A DNA stretch of 64,000 bases from Eledone cirrhosa (GCA_964016885.1 OZ024745.1:95542001-95606000), one strand, 5' to 3'; positions 39,340 to 51,954 are shown, counted from the stretch's first letter. Translations and numbers: made by a program. The notes: a model not told the origin generated them from the letters alone.

Positions 39340-39600
39340 GGTGTGCAGGAGAGAAGACTGCATTGGTTTAGACATGGACGATGATTGTTGGGTGAAGAAG
39401 TGCCAGGAAGCTTCAGTGGAAGGAAGTGACGGTAGAGGTAGACCAAGAAATACTTGGGCAGGGCTTGCGAGAGCTGACCTCAAATCACTGAGACTCACAG
39501 AGGTGATGACAAAGGATTGTGACACGTGGAGAGATGCCATGATGAAAAGGACGTGTTCAACCCACAAATGCGTGGAAAAATGGACATAAAACGATGATGA
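39340..39600 (+). mobile_element. RTE LINE family A 3' fragment
   Basis: WVKKCQE...GRGRPRNTW...WRDAM plus a gatgatga tail. Confidence 0.85.
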
Positions 39601-40849
39601 TTATTTAATGATTTATATATTCAGTTTACAGATTCAGTAGTGATTTAACCAGCTTACCATATATTCTCAATCAACTGCCAGTGTGTGTGTGAGAGAGAGA
39701 GAATCTGTGTCTGTTACTACATGCTGCAAATTTCAAACACACAGAAAGGTTTGATAGAAAGTCACATAAGGGATTTTGGACCCATTCTTTTTTTTTTGAG
39801 TAAAAAAAAATCATATACATGGTAATTCTTAAAACATATTGGTCTCAAACTAATTTCTGTAATTATTTTAACTTTTATTGTTAAATTCTGTAGGTATTAC
39901 TTCCCACTAACTCATTTTATAACTACAAATAAGTTTAATAGACATTTCACATGTGAGGTTTTCCTTAACCAACTTCTAAAATAATTATAAATTCAGCAAT
40001 TCAACTGTAAACTAATCATATTACCACATCTTCTGGTAAATATATTTTTATAAACAAAGTGAACACAAGATCATTGACTTCATAATAGTTAATAGAAGAT
40101 GGTAAATAGTTTTTATTACTACTTAAATGTGGTCATTGATTTAATATACTTGTGAGACTGAAGCCAATACTAATATAAAGGTTTGAGATAGTAGAACCAA
40201 AGATCTCCATCATCATTGATGTTTATTCACAAAATATTCATTTTTAGTTAGCTTTTTAATGCATCCATTATCAAATATGTTAACACTAGCTTAACTAGCA
40301 TGCTATCTCAAAATAATTCAATATCTAAGCAATTCTATTTTACTATGCTATCAAATATACTATTTTGTATATTTATTTAATGGTTCACTCATCACTACTT
40401 TAGCAAATGCAATAAAGGCTGCTTTGCTGATGAAGCCGAAAGATGACTGATGCATGTCCAAAGTTGACTATTATATTTACCATAACTATGAAGTTGATAT
40501 TAGTCAATGACTAATAAAGTTTTGTTTCTTTCCAGACATTTATTTTTAGTTAGCATTAAATATGTTAACACGAACTTACCCATGGAAAAGAATTTGGTTT
40601 ATATGTATATATATTTTAATTCTATTAAGGCATAACCATCAACATAATATTACAAATAGAAAAAGAAAAAAGAAAGAAAAGGTAAAGGGAAAAAGAAAGG
40701 AAAAACTAAAACACACAAGCAGGTAATACATCTAGGACTACATACAACAACAGGCAGGTGAAAGGGGTGGACAAATGAACCGCTGCCAGAGCAAAAGATA
40801 ACAATATTGCTAGGTGGACTGGGAAACCTCTCTAATAATTTTGGGGGCA

Positions 40850-41060
40850 AGCCAGTACTCTCGCAGCGTTACCTTGGGTAATGAATGGCAAGGCTGATGC
40901 GCTGGAACAGCCAAGTGCCCTCACAAGCATCACGGCATCACCTCTGCTAGGTGAGCTGCCAGTGAAAACAAGAACCTCGCAATCAGCAATCCAACTCCCC
41001 CAAACGTCTCGAACGCCACAGGCTGGAAAATGTAGTTAACTGACAGATCACGGTATTTCA
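40850..41060 (-). mobile_element. Second, divergent CRE-like endonuclease 3' fragment
   Basis: The reverse complement translates KYRDLSVNYIFQPVAFETFGG ... WLFQRISLAI ... GNAARVL, matching the C-terminal motifs of the 42-44 kb element. Confidence 0.72.
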
Positions 41061-41417
41061 GGAATAGATAAATATATTCACATGCTTAAAACATATATAG
41101 GATAATCTTACTGGAAATAAAACTAGTAATGAGCCTAAAACAATTATGGAGTTACTTGAACCATTGTTGAAGTTTGTTTAACTTTTGCAGAGACGACTGC
41201 ATATAATTTTCAGTTTCAGGGTTGTTCAATATTCACACCACACTATCAGCAGTTTCATTTTTCAATGAAACTACTTATAATTGAAGCATATATATGTACT
41301 TCAGTATAATTTGTTTTAATTTTCATGCTGTGTTGATCTATTAATTTCTAGAAGGTGCATTATAATATATAATGTGGTGTGTGGATGTAAGACAGTCAAA
41401 TCAAGACTGGAAAATAG

Positions 41418-41744
41418 AAAGAGAGAGGAGTAGTATGAGGTAGTCAAATTACTCCTTTCTCTTTACATGTTGTGACAGAATCGCAAACATTTATATATAG
41501 ATAACACATTACCAACATAATAATCTCTAATTTGAATACAGTTGACCAATCACTATCTCAACATGTACTCAATATTTAAAAAATTCAAAAGATTGAGTAC
41601 ATGTTGAGATAGTGATTGGTCAACTGTATTCAAATTAGAGATTATTATGTTGGTAATGTGTTATCTATATATAAATTTTTGCGATTCTGTCACATGTAAA
41701 GAGAAAGGAGTAATTTGACAACCTCATACTACTCCTCTCTCTTT
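41418..41744. repeat. Long inverted repeat (~155-bp arms, 18-nt spacer)
   Basis: 41418-41573 is the near-perfect reverse complement of 41592-41744. Confidence 0.92.
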
Positions 41745-42109
41745 ATGTCTGCAGCCTGTGTGAATGTATGTCTGAGTGTGTATTTTTGTAAGTGTGTCTG
41801 TGTTTGCATGTTTATATTTATATACTCATACATATAAATGTATACATATGCACATACACGCATGCACACACAAATACACATATGCGTCAGTGTATGGAAA
41901 AAATTCTAGTAAAATAAATGTATAAAATATTAAAAATGAAAAAATGCTTTAAAATCTTAGAAGAAATTATATTTTGGATTCACAGATAATATATAATACA
42001 GCAGCCATTGTGGAATATCCTGTCTGATTGAAAGACCAGAAATTTCTCAAAAGAAGATGATAATGAAGTAATGTTGTGATATTGTTAAAATATGAAACCA
42101 TGCACAAAT

Positions 42110-43985
42110 GCCTATCTTTGATGAGTTAATATCTGTATACAACTACAACGGTACGCGATGGGCCCACCCACAGCCCCGGCGGACAGAATGGAGAAGGGGT
42201 TTCCCCGAAGGACGGCAAGGGAGACGCGCTGTAAAAGCCACTCCAACTCGCGGGGCTCACACCTGCGGCTGGCCAGCTCAGCGCCTATGGTGGTGAGTAA
42301 GGAGGTAGCCGAGGGCACCAGAAGTCTCCACTGCCAGGGGTATGACCGCAAACCTGTCGGAGAGCGACCGGTATTTGAGGAGTTTGGCCCCCTCAGCCCG
42401 ACGTGCAGCAGAACCTGGGTCAGTCGCAGACTGCACCAGGTTGCGGCTACAGAAAGTGTCGGTTCAAGTGGCATCCCAGACGAGGGGGTTTCCACCGCGG
42501 AACGAGAAGATGGTCATGCCATCTGGCCTTTTGCCGTCCCCTCAATCCAGCCCCACCAGCTCGAGCTGGGAAGGGAAGCCTGCAGCATCCAAGCCATGCT
42601 TAATGACCTCTTTGAGGGCAGCATGGCATGGAATGCGGCCGGCACTGTGGTGACAGGAAAGTGGGTGGAGGCTGAAAGAGTCCACGGTGGAACCGCAGCG
42701 ACATTGGTGTGGCTGGCAGATCTGGAGGCCGAGCCTCAGGGAAACGCCGATGCGCAGGCTATGGTTGTCTAGCTGTGTGCCAGTAGTGAAGGAGGGCAGG
42801 GCATGGAGCCAGGCACCACTGTGGGGTTTGGAGGCCGCATGAAAACAAGCAATGCGGTGCTGGTCGAGCTGGCACATGAGCCTGTCAGAGGCCAGGCTGC
42901 ACTGGATAACATCCCACGTGCATTGGGGTGACTTGACGTCAACAGGGGGAAAAGGAGGAGGGACATCTACTGGGCTAAGTCCCAGCCGGTCCCACATCTC
43001 ACAGGCGGCCTCACATTCTCTGAACACGGAGGGTTCTGTTGTGTGTTGAAGAACCTGCTGACGAGGACGCAGCACAAGGTTACCGACGAAAGATACGCCG
43101 GCAAAGTTAGTGAGATTGGGGACCGGAGGCCAAGGCCGCCATACCTGACAGGTAAAGTGGCCTGTTGCCACCCTATGTTGTCAAACTTGATGTTGCATAT
43201 CTCATCGGCTGCTGCTCGGATACAAGTATTGAGGTCAGCGAGGAGAGATGTCTGGGTGTAGCATGGAGTGCTGTGGAGTGTATAGAGGAGCTTCGGCATG
43301 GCGAAGCAGTATCTCAGCAGAAAGAGAGCTGGGTGGCCGTCAATCAAGCCCAGTCAGCTCGTGAGAGTCTGTAGCTGTTGAAGGCTGGACCTGATGGTGG
43401 AGCGGATGGCCGGCGGGTGGATCGGTGACCCAAGGATGAAGACATCCTCCTTGGGGGTCACCTGAACCTGGCGGAGAATGGACCGCATGTCCAAGACGGA
43501 GGCTGCAAAGCTTGCAGCATCGAGGATGACATTCACCACCTCCGACTTGGCCGAGTTAACCTGGAGGCCGATTCCCGCCAGGGCAGGAACCACCGATTGA
43601 AGGTCATGGCAGACCGTCTGTACGAGCCCGCCCAACGTAGCATCATCCAGATACCAAACGTTGAGAAGGGCCGTGATACTCCGGACAATGTGGTCAATAC
43701 CAAGGACGAACAGGTGGGGTCCAAAAGGGTCGCCCTGTTAGACCCCAGTAGCCGAGGGTATGGCCGTATCAGCAGCAAGGAGCATGCTCGGGGCTCCATA
43801 TGAATGGTAGGCCAGCGGGTAGGCAGAGGGGGTCCAGCTGAGGCATGCCTCAAGCAGATGAAGGCATTCCTCATGTGAAGCTTGACAATGAGGTGCCTGG
43901 AGTCCCTGGATACCGGTTCCGATGGGCAGCTGTTCAAGAACTGCCTGGTTGCATGAGTGGCCCCCTCACAGCCACCGGACTAAAC
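42110..43985 (-). mobile_element. CRE-clade non-LTR retrotransposon (RT + CCHC + restriction-like endonuclease), 5'-truncated and decayed
   Basis: VKLHMRNAF, GV*QGDPFGPHLF, WYLDD, FAMPKLLY, QATLPVRYGGLG, SGAWLHALP, CRCG-x8-HPLSC, KRPDG, LVWDA, KY..L, PLAVETSG and QRVSLAVLRGN. Visibly GC-rich compared with the flanks. Confidence 0.85.
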
Positions 43986-44984
43986 TCCTCATCTAGTTTG
44001 TGTGTTACAGACTTTCTTTTTAACTCTTCATAAATATCTGACTAATAAATTTGTTTTAACAAATATTTAACATTTCACTTTAATTTCTCATTGATTACTG
44101 GTCAGTTGCTTTATTATAACTTCAAATAACTAACCCAGAAAACCAACTAAGATAACTCTGTTGATTGTCCACATATCACAAATTTTAATACAATACATTC
44201 AAAACTTTCTTATACTGTCTGTTTTTCTTCTTTATCATGTAAATAAAAAGTCAAATTTAATGTAAGTTTGTATGTTATGTGGATTACTATACTGTGTATA
44301 TAAGAACAGATATTAAGTGAGCCACAAGGAGGGTTAAAATCGTTTTCCTTATCATAGTGAATATAGTTGTGATATATATGCAAAAATGAAGCTAATACCT
44401 TTTAGTCTGTACATGCTTGGTGAAGCATTAGGACCATAAAAATATTGTCCATTCTAATTGACTATAAACTGTACACATATTTGAATTCATAAAGAAAGCA
44501 AAATACTCTAACAGTTGCACGTTTTAAGAGAATATACAATTATGATATCTTACTCAAGTCCAAGACTACAAATGTTTTTGTGACAAACAGATAATTAATT
44601 TGAATGTGTTATCGGTTTTATTTTATTAACTATGGAAGGATGAAAGTCAAAGTCAACCCCAGTAGAATTTGACTTTAAATGATAAAAGGATGTAGCATGT
44701 TACATGCCACAAGGAATTTTTTCTGGCACTTTACCCATTCTGCCATCCAAAGTTTCTAGTTCTGTATAAAACCTGATATAAAGCAAAGAATACATCTCAG
44801 AAATTGTAAAATGACAAATCCCTTTAGCCATTGTTGATCCACTGCTCGATGCTGAAAGCCTCTAAATACTACAGCCAGTTTATCTATGCTGGTTGTAAGC
44901 ATACCTGCCTGTATTGTCAAATTACAGATTAAATCAATTGATCCTGTGGTTGAATGGTTAGCTCTAGCCATCAGCACCCTAGGT

Positions 44985-45310
44985 GCATCATCATCATCAC
45001 CACCATCCTCATCATCATCATTATTTAACAACCATTTTTTCCACGCAAGCATGGGTTAGGCAAGTTATCCCATTTGAAAGAAGTCAGGTCAGGTGACCAT
45101 GTCTTGCTCATACAGAACTGTTTCTGGCTTGGTTTCTATGGCTGGATACCCTTCCTAATGCCAACCACATATACAATGTGGAATAGATGCTGTGTATTGT
45201 GGCACTAAAATGTGCCACAGTGTGCACTGGGTGCGTTTTTTCATGTCACCTACACATACACTTTACAATGTAATCTAGGCACTTTTTGTCAAGCACCAAA
45301 ATGACCACAA
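44985..45310 (-). mobile_element. RTE family B 3'-UTR fragment
   Basis: (cat)n, ccacgcaagcatgggtt, ggctggatacccttcctaatgcc and repeat units. Confidence 0.72.
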
Positions 45311-47172
45311 TATATCTCATTCGATGTTCTAACAATTCTGATAAGTGACCAGCCAGAACTGATACTTTATTGTCTATGGAAAAAAATGGAAATAGATAAA
45401 TTCAAATAAAAACATATCTATTTTAAACTCTATGTTTTTAACATTCAGATTGCTAGCTATGAGAAAATCTATATCTTTGAATTATTATTTCCAAAAGCTC
45501 TCAAAGATGTATGAACATGCATCGTAAGCAACATAAGCACCTCTATATATAGACTTGGCAAACAGCCTTAAGTTAAAGGAAGGAAAGTGTGAGATTAATC
45601 CCTTAATCATACTTGCGTGTGTGTGTGTATTTGTGCAGACACAAATATGCATACAGATAAATATGCATAGGCACATATATTTAGAAAAAGTAAGAAAAAG
45701 TGAAGTAGTGCTAAAGTACTCAGAAAAGCAAAATAAGAAGCTGTTAAGATTTCCATTACTAGAAGTGCAGGTGGTTAAGCCACATGTTATGAATGGTGAA
45801 GAACTCGTTTAAACAGAAGACATTAATGATAAAAACAAAATAGACATGGTTGTATACAGGTTATAATGTTTATGTACAGTTAAAACACACTTCATGGTGG
45901 CAAACTGATGAGTTAGTGTCATTTGTAGCCTTTTGTGAAAGGTGCAGGGATCAGTATTAGAACATGTACACCATAAGGTGTTTGGGGGAGTAAAGAGATT
46001 AATTTATATATAAATATTGTTTTACTTTGGGAGGGTCATGCTGGTTATCGAACCAACCAACCAACTTTAAACTTAAAATAAATTGAAGTGAAAACCAACA
46101 GGTGTGTGTGTGTGTTTTTATTGGCAGCATGACCCTCCCAAAGTATAACAATACCTGTTTCAACACACGTTTTCAGATAAGAAATCTTGGAAACAAATTC
46201 AAAAACAACTTATATATAAACTTTTACACACAGATGCATATGCACAAGCATAGAGGTTTATTAATTCTTTAGTAACCAACCTGGCCAAAGCTGGCTCTTG
46301 TTCAATGAAATAAAACCACCCATTTTAAAGGATTCCAATTTAAATTAAAATCTTCCAGCATAATTTTATATAAGAACCTTACATCAACTTACTATTTTAG
46401 TTATGAAATAATTAATAATTTTTGTAAATCCCTCAAATTCTTTATTAATTAATTAAAATAGAGTGTATTTCGTTAGAAATACAGTCATAAAAGTGTTAAT
46501 AGATATACATTTTTTAAAATCTATAAATTTAAGGTACTGGAATATTTATCACCTGGCAATATGTTTAAGGTTGGAGTTCAATCCTAGGACATGTCTTTTA
46601 ATCCCACTATATCATGTCTCTTTCCTGGTCATCGAAACATTGTTATGGAAATTTGATAGATGGAAACTGTGTAGATATATATCTGATGTGTGTGTGTGTG
46701 TGTGTGTTATATAAGCATATAATTGGATTTACTAATTATAATGTAACTAAAATTGCATTTGCTTTTAAATTAATTTTGCTTCCTATGCTTTGTTTTGCTA
46801 AATATAAGTATTATTATGCCTTAATAATATTGATCTGAAATTTTGGTTTTTAGCACATATTGCTCATTGAGTTTTTTATGGAATAATCAGATCGATATGA
46901 ATTATTTTGATATAGATTTTATATATATATATATATATATATATGTGAAGTTCCTTTATGCTTACGGCAGGATTTGTATTCCTGAAGATATGTAGACCAA
47001 TATATATATATATAAATAAGGATGTGGTAGTTTGCTTGAAGCATTGTGTTAGAGTATAAAATAGTATATTTGAAGGCTATGACGGTGCCAAATAGGCAGT
47101 AGATTTTGGTATAAATTGAAGGCAACAAAGATATTGGTATGTCTTCTGTTATTTTATTTCCCTGTCCTAATA

Positions 47173-47357
47173 TTGTTTTCTACTTTTGGCACAAGGCCAG
47201 CAATTACCCAGTACATTACTGGTACTTTATTTTATCGACCCCGTAAGGTTGAAAGGCAAAGTTAACCTCGGTGGGATTTGAACTCAGATCGTAAAGGGAC
47301 ATAACTACGCTGGAAAACATGTCTGACCATCTACCAATACTGCCAATTCACTGCCCC
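47173..47357 (-). mobile_element. SINE family A with TSD
   Basis: Flanked by ttccctgtcctaatattg at 47158-47175 and 47358-47375. Confidence 0.88.
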
Positions 47358-48430
47358 TTCCCTGTCCTAATATTGGCTCAGAGTTTGTGCTTTCAATATA
47401 TATATGTTTATATATGTGTATAGATATATCTGTATGTGTGTGTATGTATATATATATCTGTCCAACCCAAGCAAGCACAGAATAGCTGATGTAGAAGTAC
47501 AAATCAACAAGTTATAATTCACTTCATTTATTCACAACGGTTATGAATAAACGAAGTGAATTTAAACATGTTGACTTGTACTTCATGTTTATAAATATAC
47601 TCCAGAGTAAACAAACCCACTTGTGTACTTTATCAAGTGCTGTATCCTGTATACTGAAATATCAGTGCTCTAATTGATATATATATATATACAGTTCCCG
47701 TATGAGCAAGACAACCCGTCTAACCATGCCAGTGTGGAAGAACGGATGTAAAACGGTGATGATGATGATAATATATATATATATATTTAGTATCTAGACA
47801 TGTAAACATGCCAGAAAATATAAATCTTCTAGTAAATTGAAAAAGAATTATAAACTCTTAATCAATTTTCAGACCTAATTTGGCTCTTAGCAGATGTGTA
47901 TATCATCCAAACAACCACAAGAATACGTGTATCTGATGGTCATATATACGCATTTGCTCTTCATATTATTCTGAAAAGGACACATTAATTTGCATATAAA
48001 GGGTGGATTATGTTATAGTGCCAAAATGAAATGCCAAAATAAAAGTTGTTAGTGTTATGAAAAGCATCTAGTTATAGAAATCTTGCCAAAAATAGAACAT
48101 ACGAAAAAAATGTGGTTCTCTAGCATATTAAGTCTTAGACCATCTCAAACTGCCTCCCAATGCCAACATTATGGAATATGGACATAAAATGGCGCTGCTG
48201 TTGGTATATATATATATATGAGGGATTTAGCATCCCAAAGGCTGAGCTCCTGCCATTTCAACAGCTAGATCCGGATTGAACTGTTGACACAGCAGGAGCT
48301 CAGCTGTTGGGGTTCCAAATCCTTCATATTACCCACTCTACTAACCCAAGTATCGAGTATTCTGGTGAGTAATGGTCTAACAAGATTTTACTGCATCCAT
48401 TCTGATTTATATATATATATATATATATAT

Positions 48431-48828
48431 ATACAAAGTGTTAAAACGATCAAGTTTTAATTTAGAACATGTATTTGCTGACAATTGTTTTTCCAGAGGG
48501 AGGTCTGGGATCATCAGAGCATATGGAATGTCAAAACATGTGACTAAAATCCTAGTCATTCAGAACATTTAGGGTGCATAATTGTTGTTAGTTTCATAGA
48601 CATCATGTGGAGAGTCAGGAGTTAAAAAGATGTTATGCTTGAGAGGATACGATTACAGGCAGCACTGGTTGAAAGTGTAAGAGGTATAAGCAAAAAATCA
48701 TGTACCCTAAATGTTCTGAATGACTAGGAATTTAGTCACATGTTTTGACATTCCTTATGCTCTGGAAGAAACAATTGTCAGCAAATAAATGTTCTAAACT
48801 AAAACTTGATCGTTTTAACACTTTGTAT
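48431..48828. repeat. Long inverted repeat (~140-150-bp arms)
   Basis: 48431-48585 pairs with 48692-48828. Confidence 0.9.
48476..48521 (-). ncRNA. Hammerhead motif with a GAAA>AAAA core change
   Basis: UGCU-CUGAUGA-ucccaga/ucugga-AAAA-CAAUUGUC-AGCA. The sister arm (48758-48789) retains GAAACAATTGTCAGCAAATAAA. Confidence 0.6.
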
Positions 48829-48965
48829 CTCAGTTCTGTAAAACACTTGAAAATTTGCATTGAGCCTTTTGTCGTACTGGTAACCGGCTAATACTTAGTA
48901 CTACCCTTCATATTTATAATTGTATTAAAGATATATAAATATAAATATTCTTATAACTATATATG

Positions 48966-49268
48966 GAGGCACATGGCTTAGTGGTTAGAGCATTGGCCTT
49001 GCAATCGAAATGTTGTGAGTTCAATTCTCAGATCGGGTGATGTGTTGTTTCCTTGAGCAAGACACTTTATTTCACATTGCTCCAGTTTACTGTAAAGTGG
49101 ACGTGTAGGCGCCACGGAAAAGAAAAAGCACCCAGCACTCACTGTAAATGAGGTTGGTGTTAGAAAGGGCATCCAGCTGTAGAAATCAAGCCAGAATCAG
49201 TTCCCATCCCACCCTTGCAAGCAGGGAAAAAGCGGACGTAAAATGAAATGTTGATGAATGATGATGAT
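48966..49268 (+). mobile_element. SINE family B, internally deleted
   Basis: Same head and tail as 57446-57799. Confidence 0.85.
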
Positions 49269-49270
49269 AT

Positions 49271-50131
49271 ATCATCATCATCATTTTATGTCCGCTTCTC
49301 CCTGCTTGCAAGGGTGGGACGGGTCCTATTCAGCATCTCTCCACTTGTCACAGTCCTTTGTCATCTCCACCGTGAGTTTCAGCGATCTGAGGTCTGCTCT
49401 CACCACCTCCACCCATGTTTTTCGTGGTCTTCCTCTACTACGTCTTTCTTCAACTGTCATTTCTTGGCACTTCTTCACCCATTGGTCATCCTCCATGCGC
49501 ATCACATGTCCATACCATCGCAGTCTCCTCTCCCGCACACTACAATTTATTCCTCTCAGACACAGTTTCTCTCTCAACACATCCATGCTGGGTCGTTCAC
49601 GCACATTAACACTGCACATCCAACAGAGCATGCTTGCCTCATTTCTCTCCAGCCGTCGCATATCCTCTGCAGTTGCTGCCCATGTCTCACTACCATGCAG
49701 CATTGCGCACCTCACACAGGCATCATGTAACCGGCCTTTCGTATGCAGGGAGAAACCCTTTTTCGTCAGCAGAGGAAGCAGCTCCCTATACTTCTTCCAA
49801 CCCGTCCTTATTCTAGATACTATGGCCTCGGAACACCCACCCCCCTTCCATGCTAATATGATCACCTAGGTACCGGAAGCTATCAACCACTTCTACAGCA
49901 CTCACCTGCATTTGAAAAATGTGTCTATCAATGCGACTTCTACTGTCAAATTTCCCTGTACATCTACTGCATACGTATTTCTCCCTACCTGTTAGTTTGT
50001 CTGCTATCCCACTACATCTCTTGTGTACCCAAAATCTGCATTGTGTGCATTTTATAGAATTTATGCCAGTTACTTTTCTGCATATCGAACATGGCCATTT
50101 TCCTGACGGAATCAGAGTTTTGTCCTCTTTT
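49271..50131 (-). mobile_element. 5'-truncated RTE LINE (family A)
   Basis: ORFs 49813-50157 and 49326-49865 are nearly identical to 8596-9500, with the same 3' terminus and (GAT)n tail. Confidence 0.92.
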
Positions 50132-51330
50132 CTATATATATATATATACACACACATATAGATATATTATCATCATCATCATTTAATGTCTGTTTCTCCT
50201 ACTAAATTCAGACATAATATACCTGCAACCAAATGTTATTTGGAATATAAGTTATATTGTGTTTAATTTAAAAAATATATTACTACCTTCAATAGAAACA
50301 CCTGATATCAGGAAATAATGATGTAAACAAAGCTAAAAAAAAACCTATATTATAACATACAATGCTCCATAATTAAACTTAATCTGATTAAAAGATATAG
50401 AAATGAAGATATTGCATTTTCCTGAATTCATTGCCTTTCTATGAATATTCTAAATCATGTCTGAGATTGTATGCATATATATTGCTATGATTTCTTAAAC
50501 AAAATCAAATGTATAACTCTTTATTAGCCAAATCTTTACTGAATCTAAAATATCAATCCAAGAACTGTAATGAAAGCTAGAATTAAGTTCTGCAATTCTG
50601 ATATACTGAAAGCATATCCAACAAAAACTATCCCACTCATACTAGCTTAAAATAGACGAATGTAAAATAGACTTCTTTAAACAAAAATAATTATGAAGCA
50701 CAATGACTAAGATTAAGTTGCTAGATTACTGATCAAATTATCATTACTTACTTCATCCATTACTACATCTATTGAATCATACTCTCTATATATACATTAT
50801 TTGTTTTCCCTCAGCCTACCTCAATGATGCCAGACTTTACTTCTATTGCATGGTTAATCATTTTTATACCAGCCAAGCCCAACCCAGCCCAGCCCAAACT
50901 GGCCCTGGTTCTAGCAAACTAAACTACCCATTTTAAAGGGTTCCTATTTAAGTCAACATTTTCCAACATAATGTTATATTTAAACAAAAAACATGTTTAA
51001 GTTACTATCTTAGAAATAAAATAATTCATAATTTTTTTAATCTTTCAAAATCATTCATACTCTAATTGAAATAAATTGTATTTCATTAAAAATACACTTA
51101 TGAATAGGAATATTCATATGTAAAAAAATTTGCTATATTCAAACTGAATTAAGGGAACCATTACATTATCTCTTGACATATTAAATGTAGCAGCTAAATT
51201 TTCCCCAAATCACCCCCTGTCATTTTAAAGACGAGGTGGCTTCAACTGAGCAACTTTTGAACATTGGTTTATTTGGTTAAAATAGTATACACCATACCAT
51301 TCAAGCATGGTTAAATGACTATATAATAAT

Positions 51331-51520
51331 AATTGTTTCTACTTTTGGCACAAGGCCAGCAATTATCCCAGTGCATTACTGGTACTTTATTTTATCGACC
51401 CCATAAGGATGAAAGGCAAAGCTAACCTCGGCGGGATTTGAACTCAGATCATAAAGGGAGGTAACTCTATGCTTCAAAGCATGGCGCCCAACCCTCTACC
51501 GATACTGCCAATCCACCGCC
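51331..51520 (-). mobile_element. SINE family A with TSD
   Basis: Flanked by tatataataataat on both sides. Confidence 0.88.
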
Positions 51521-51649
51521 TATATAATAATAATGTGAACAAAAAATGTGTCCTTTCTTCCTAACATATTTGCAATTTGTTTATTCTACATAAGCATTGT
51601 TTAAACAGTTTCATGTGTGCAGACAGAGTTAACACATTATGATTGTTCT

Positions 51650-51926
51650 TTCTACAAACAAACATGAAGTGCAAGTTTGGTGAATTTTTACCTTTTCATT
51701 ACTATATTTCTAATGAAAGACACTGCCTGTGTGTTTCAATTAATTTTTTTAATAATCTAGAATTTGGAGGATTTAAGGAAATAACTTCCCCATTATTAAC
51801 TTGGTATTTGGAACATTAAATAAACAAATGTTTTTTTTAAAATATAATTATGATGGAAGGTTTTTAATATAAGTATGAATACTTTAAGATGAGCAGTTTC
51901 AAGAGGTTTGGTATCAAAAGGGTTAA
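51650..51926 (-). mobile_element. Older AT-rich dispersed repeat, probably a second TTAA MITE family (relatives near 21640-21810, 23920-24365, 28040-28302, 46265-46500, 50866-51090)
   Basis: Ends ggtatcaaaagggttaa; internal motifs (ggtatttggaacat, cccattttaaagg) are shared among the degenerate copies. Confidence 0.5.
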
Positions 51927-51954
51927 CCTACATAAACTAGTTAATAAAGTGTAA

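Noticed and set aside
40570-40585. ATGGGTAAG on the minus strand as the NCS start (MGK)
   Set aside because: Continues MGKFVLT rather than the MGKxxSKL myristoylation motif.
42108-44033. Plus-strand ORFs up to 204 aa over the GC-rich block
   Set aside because: Antisense shadows of the CRE element.
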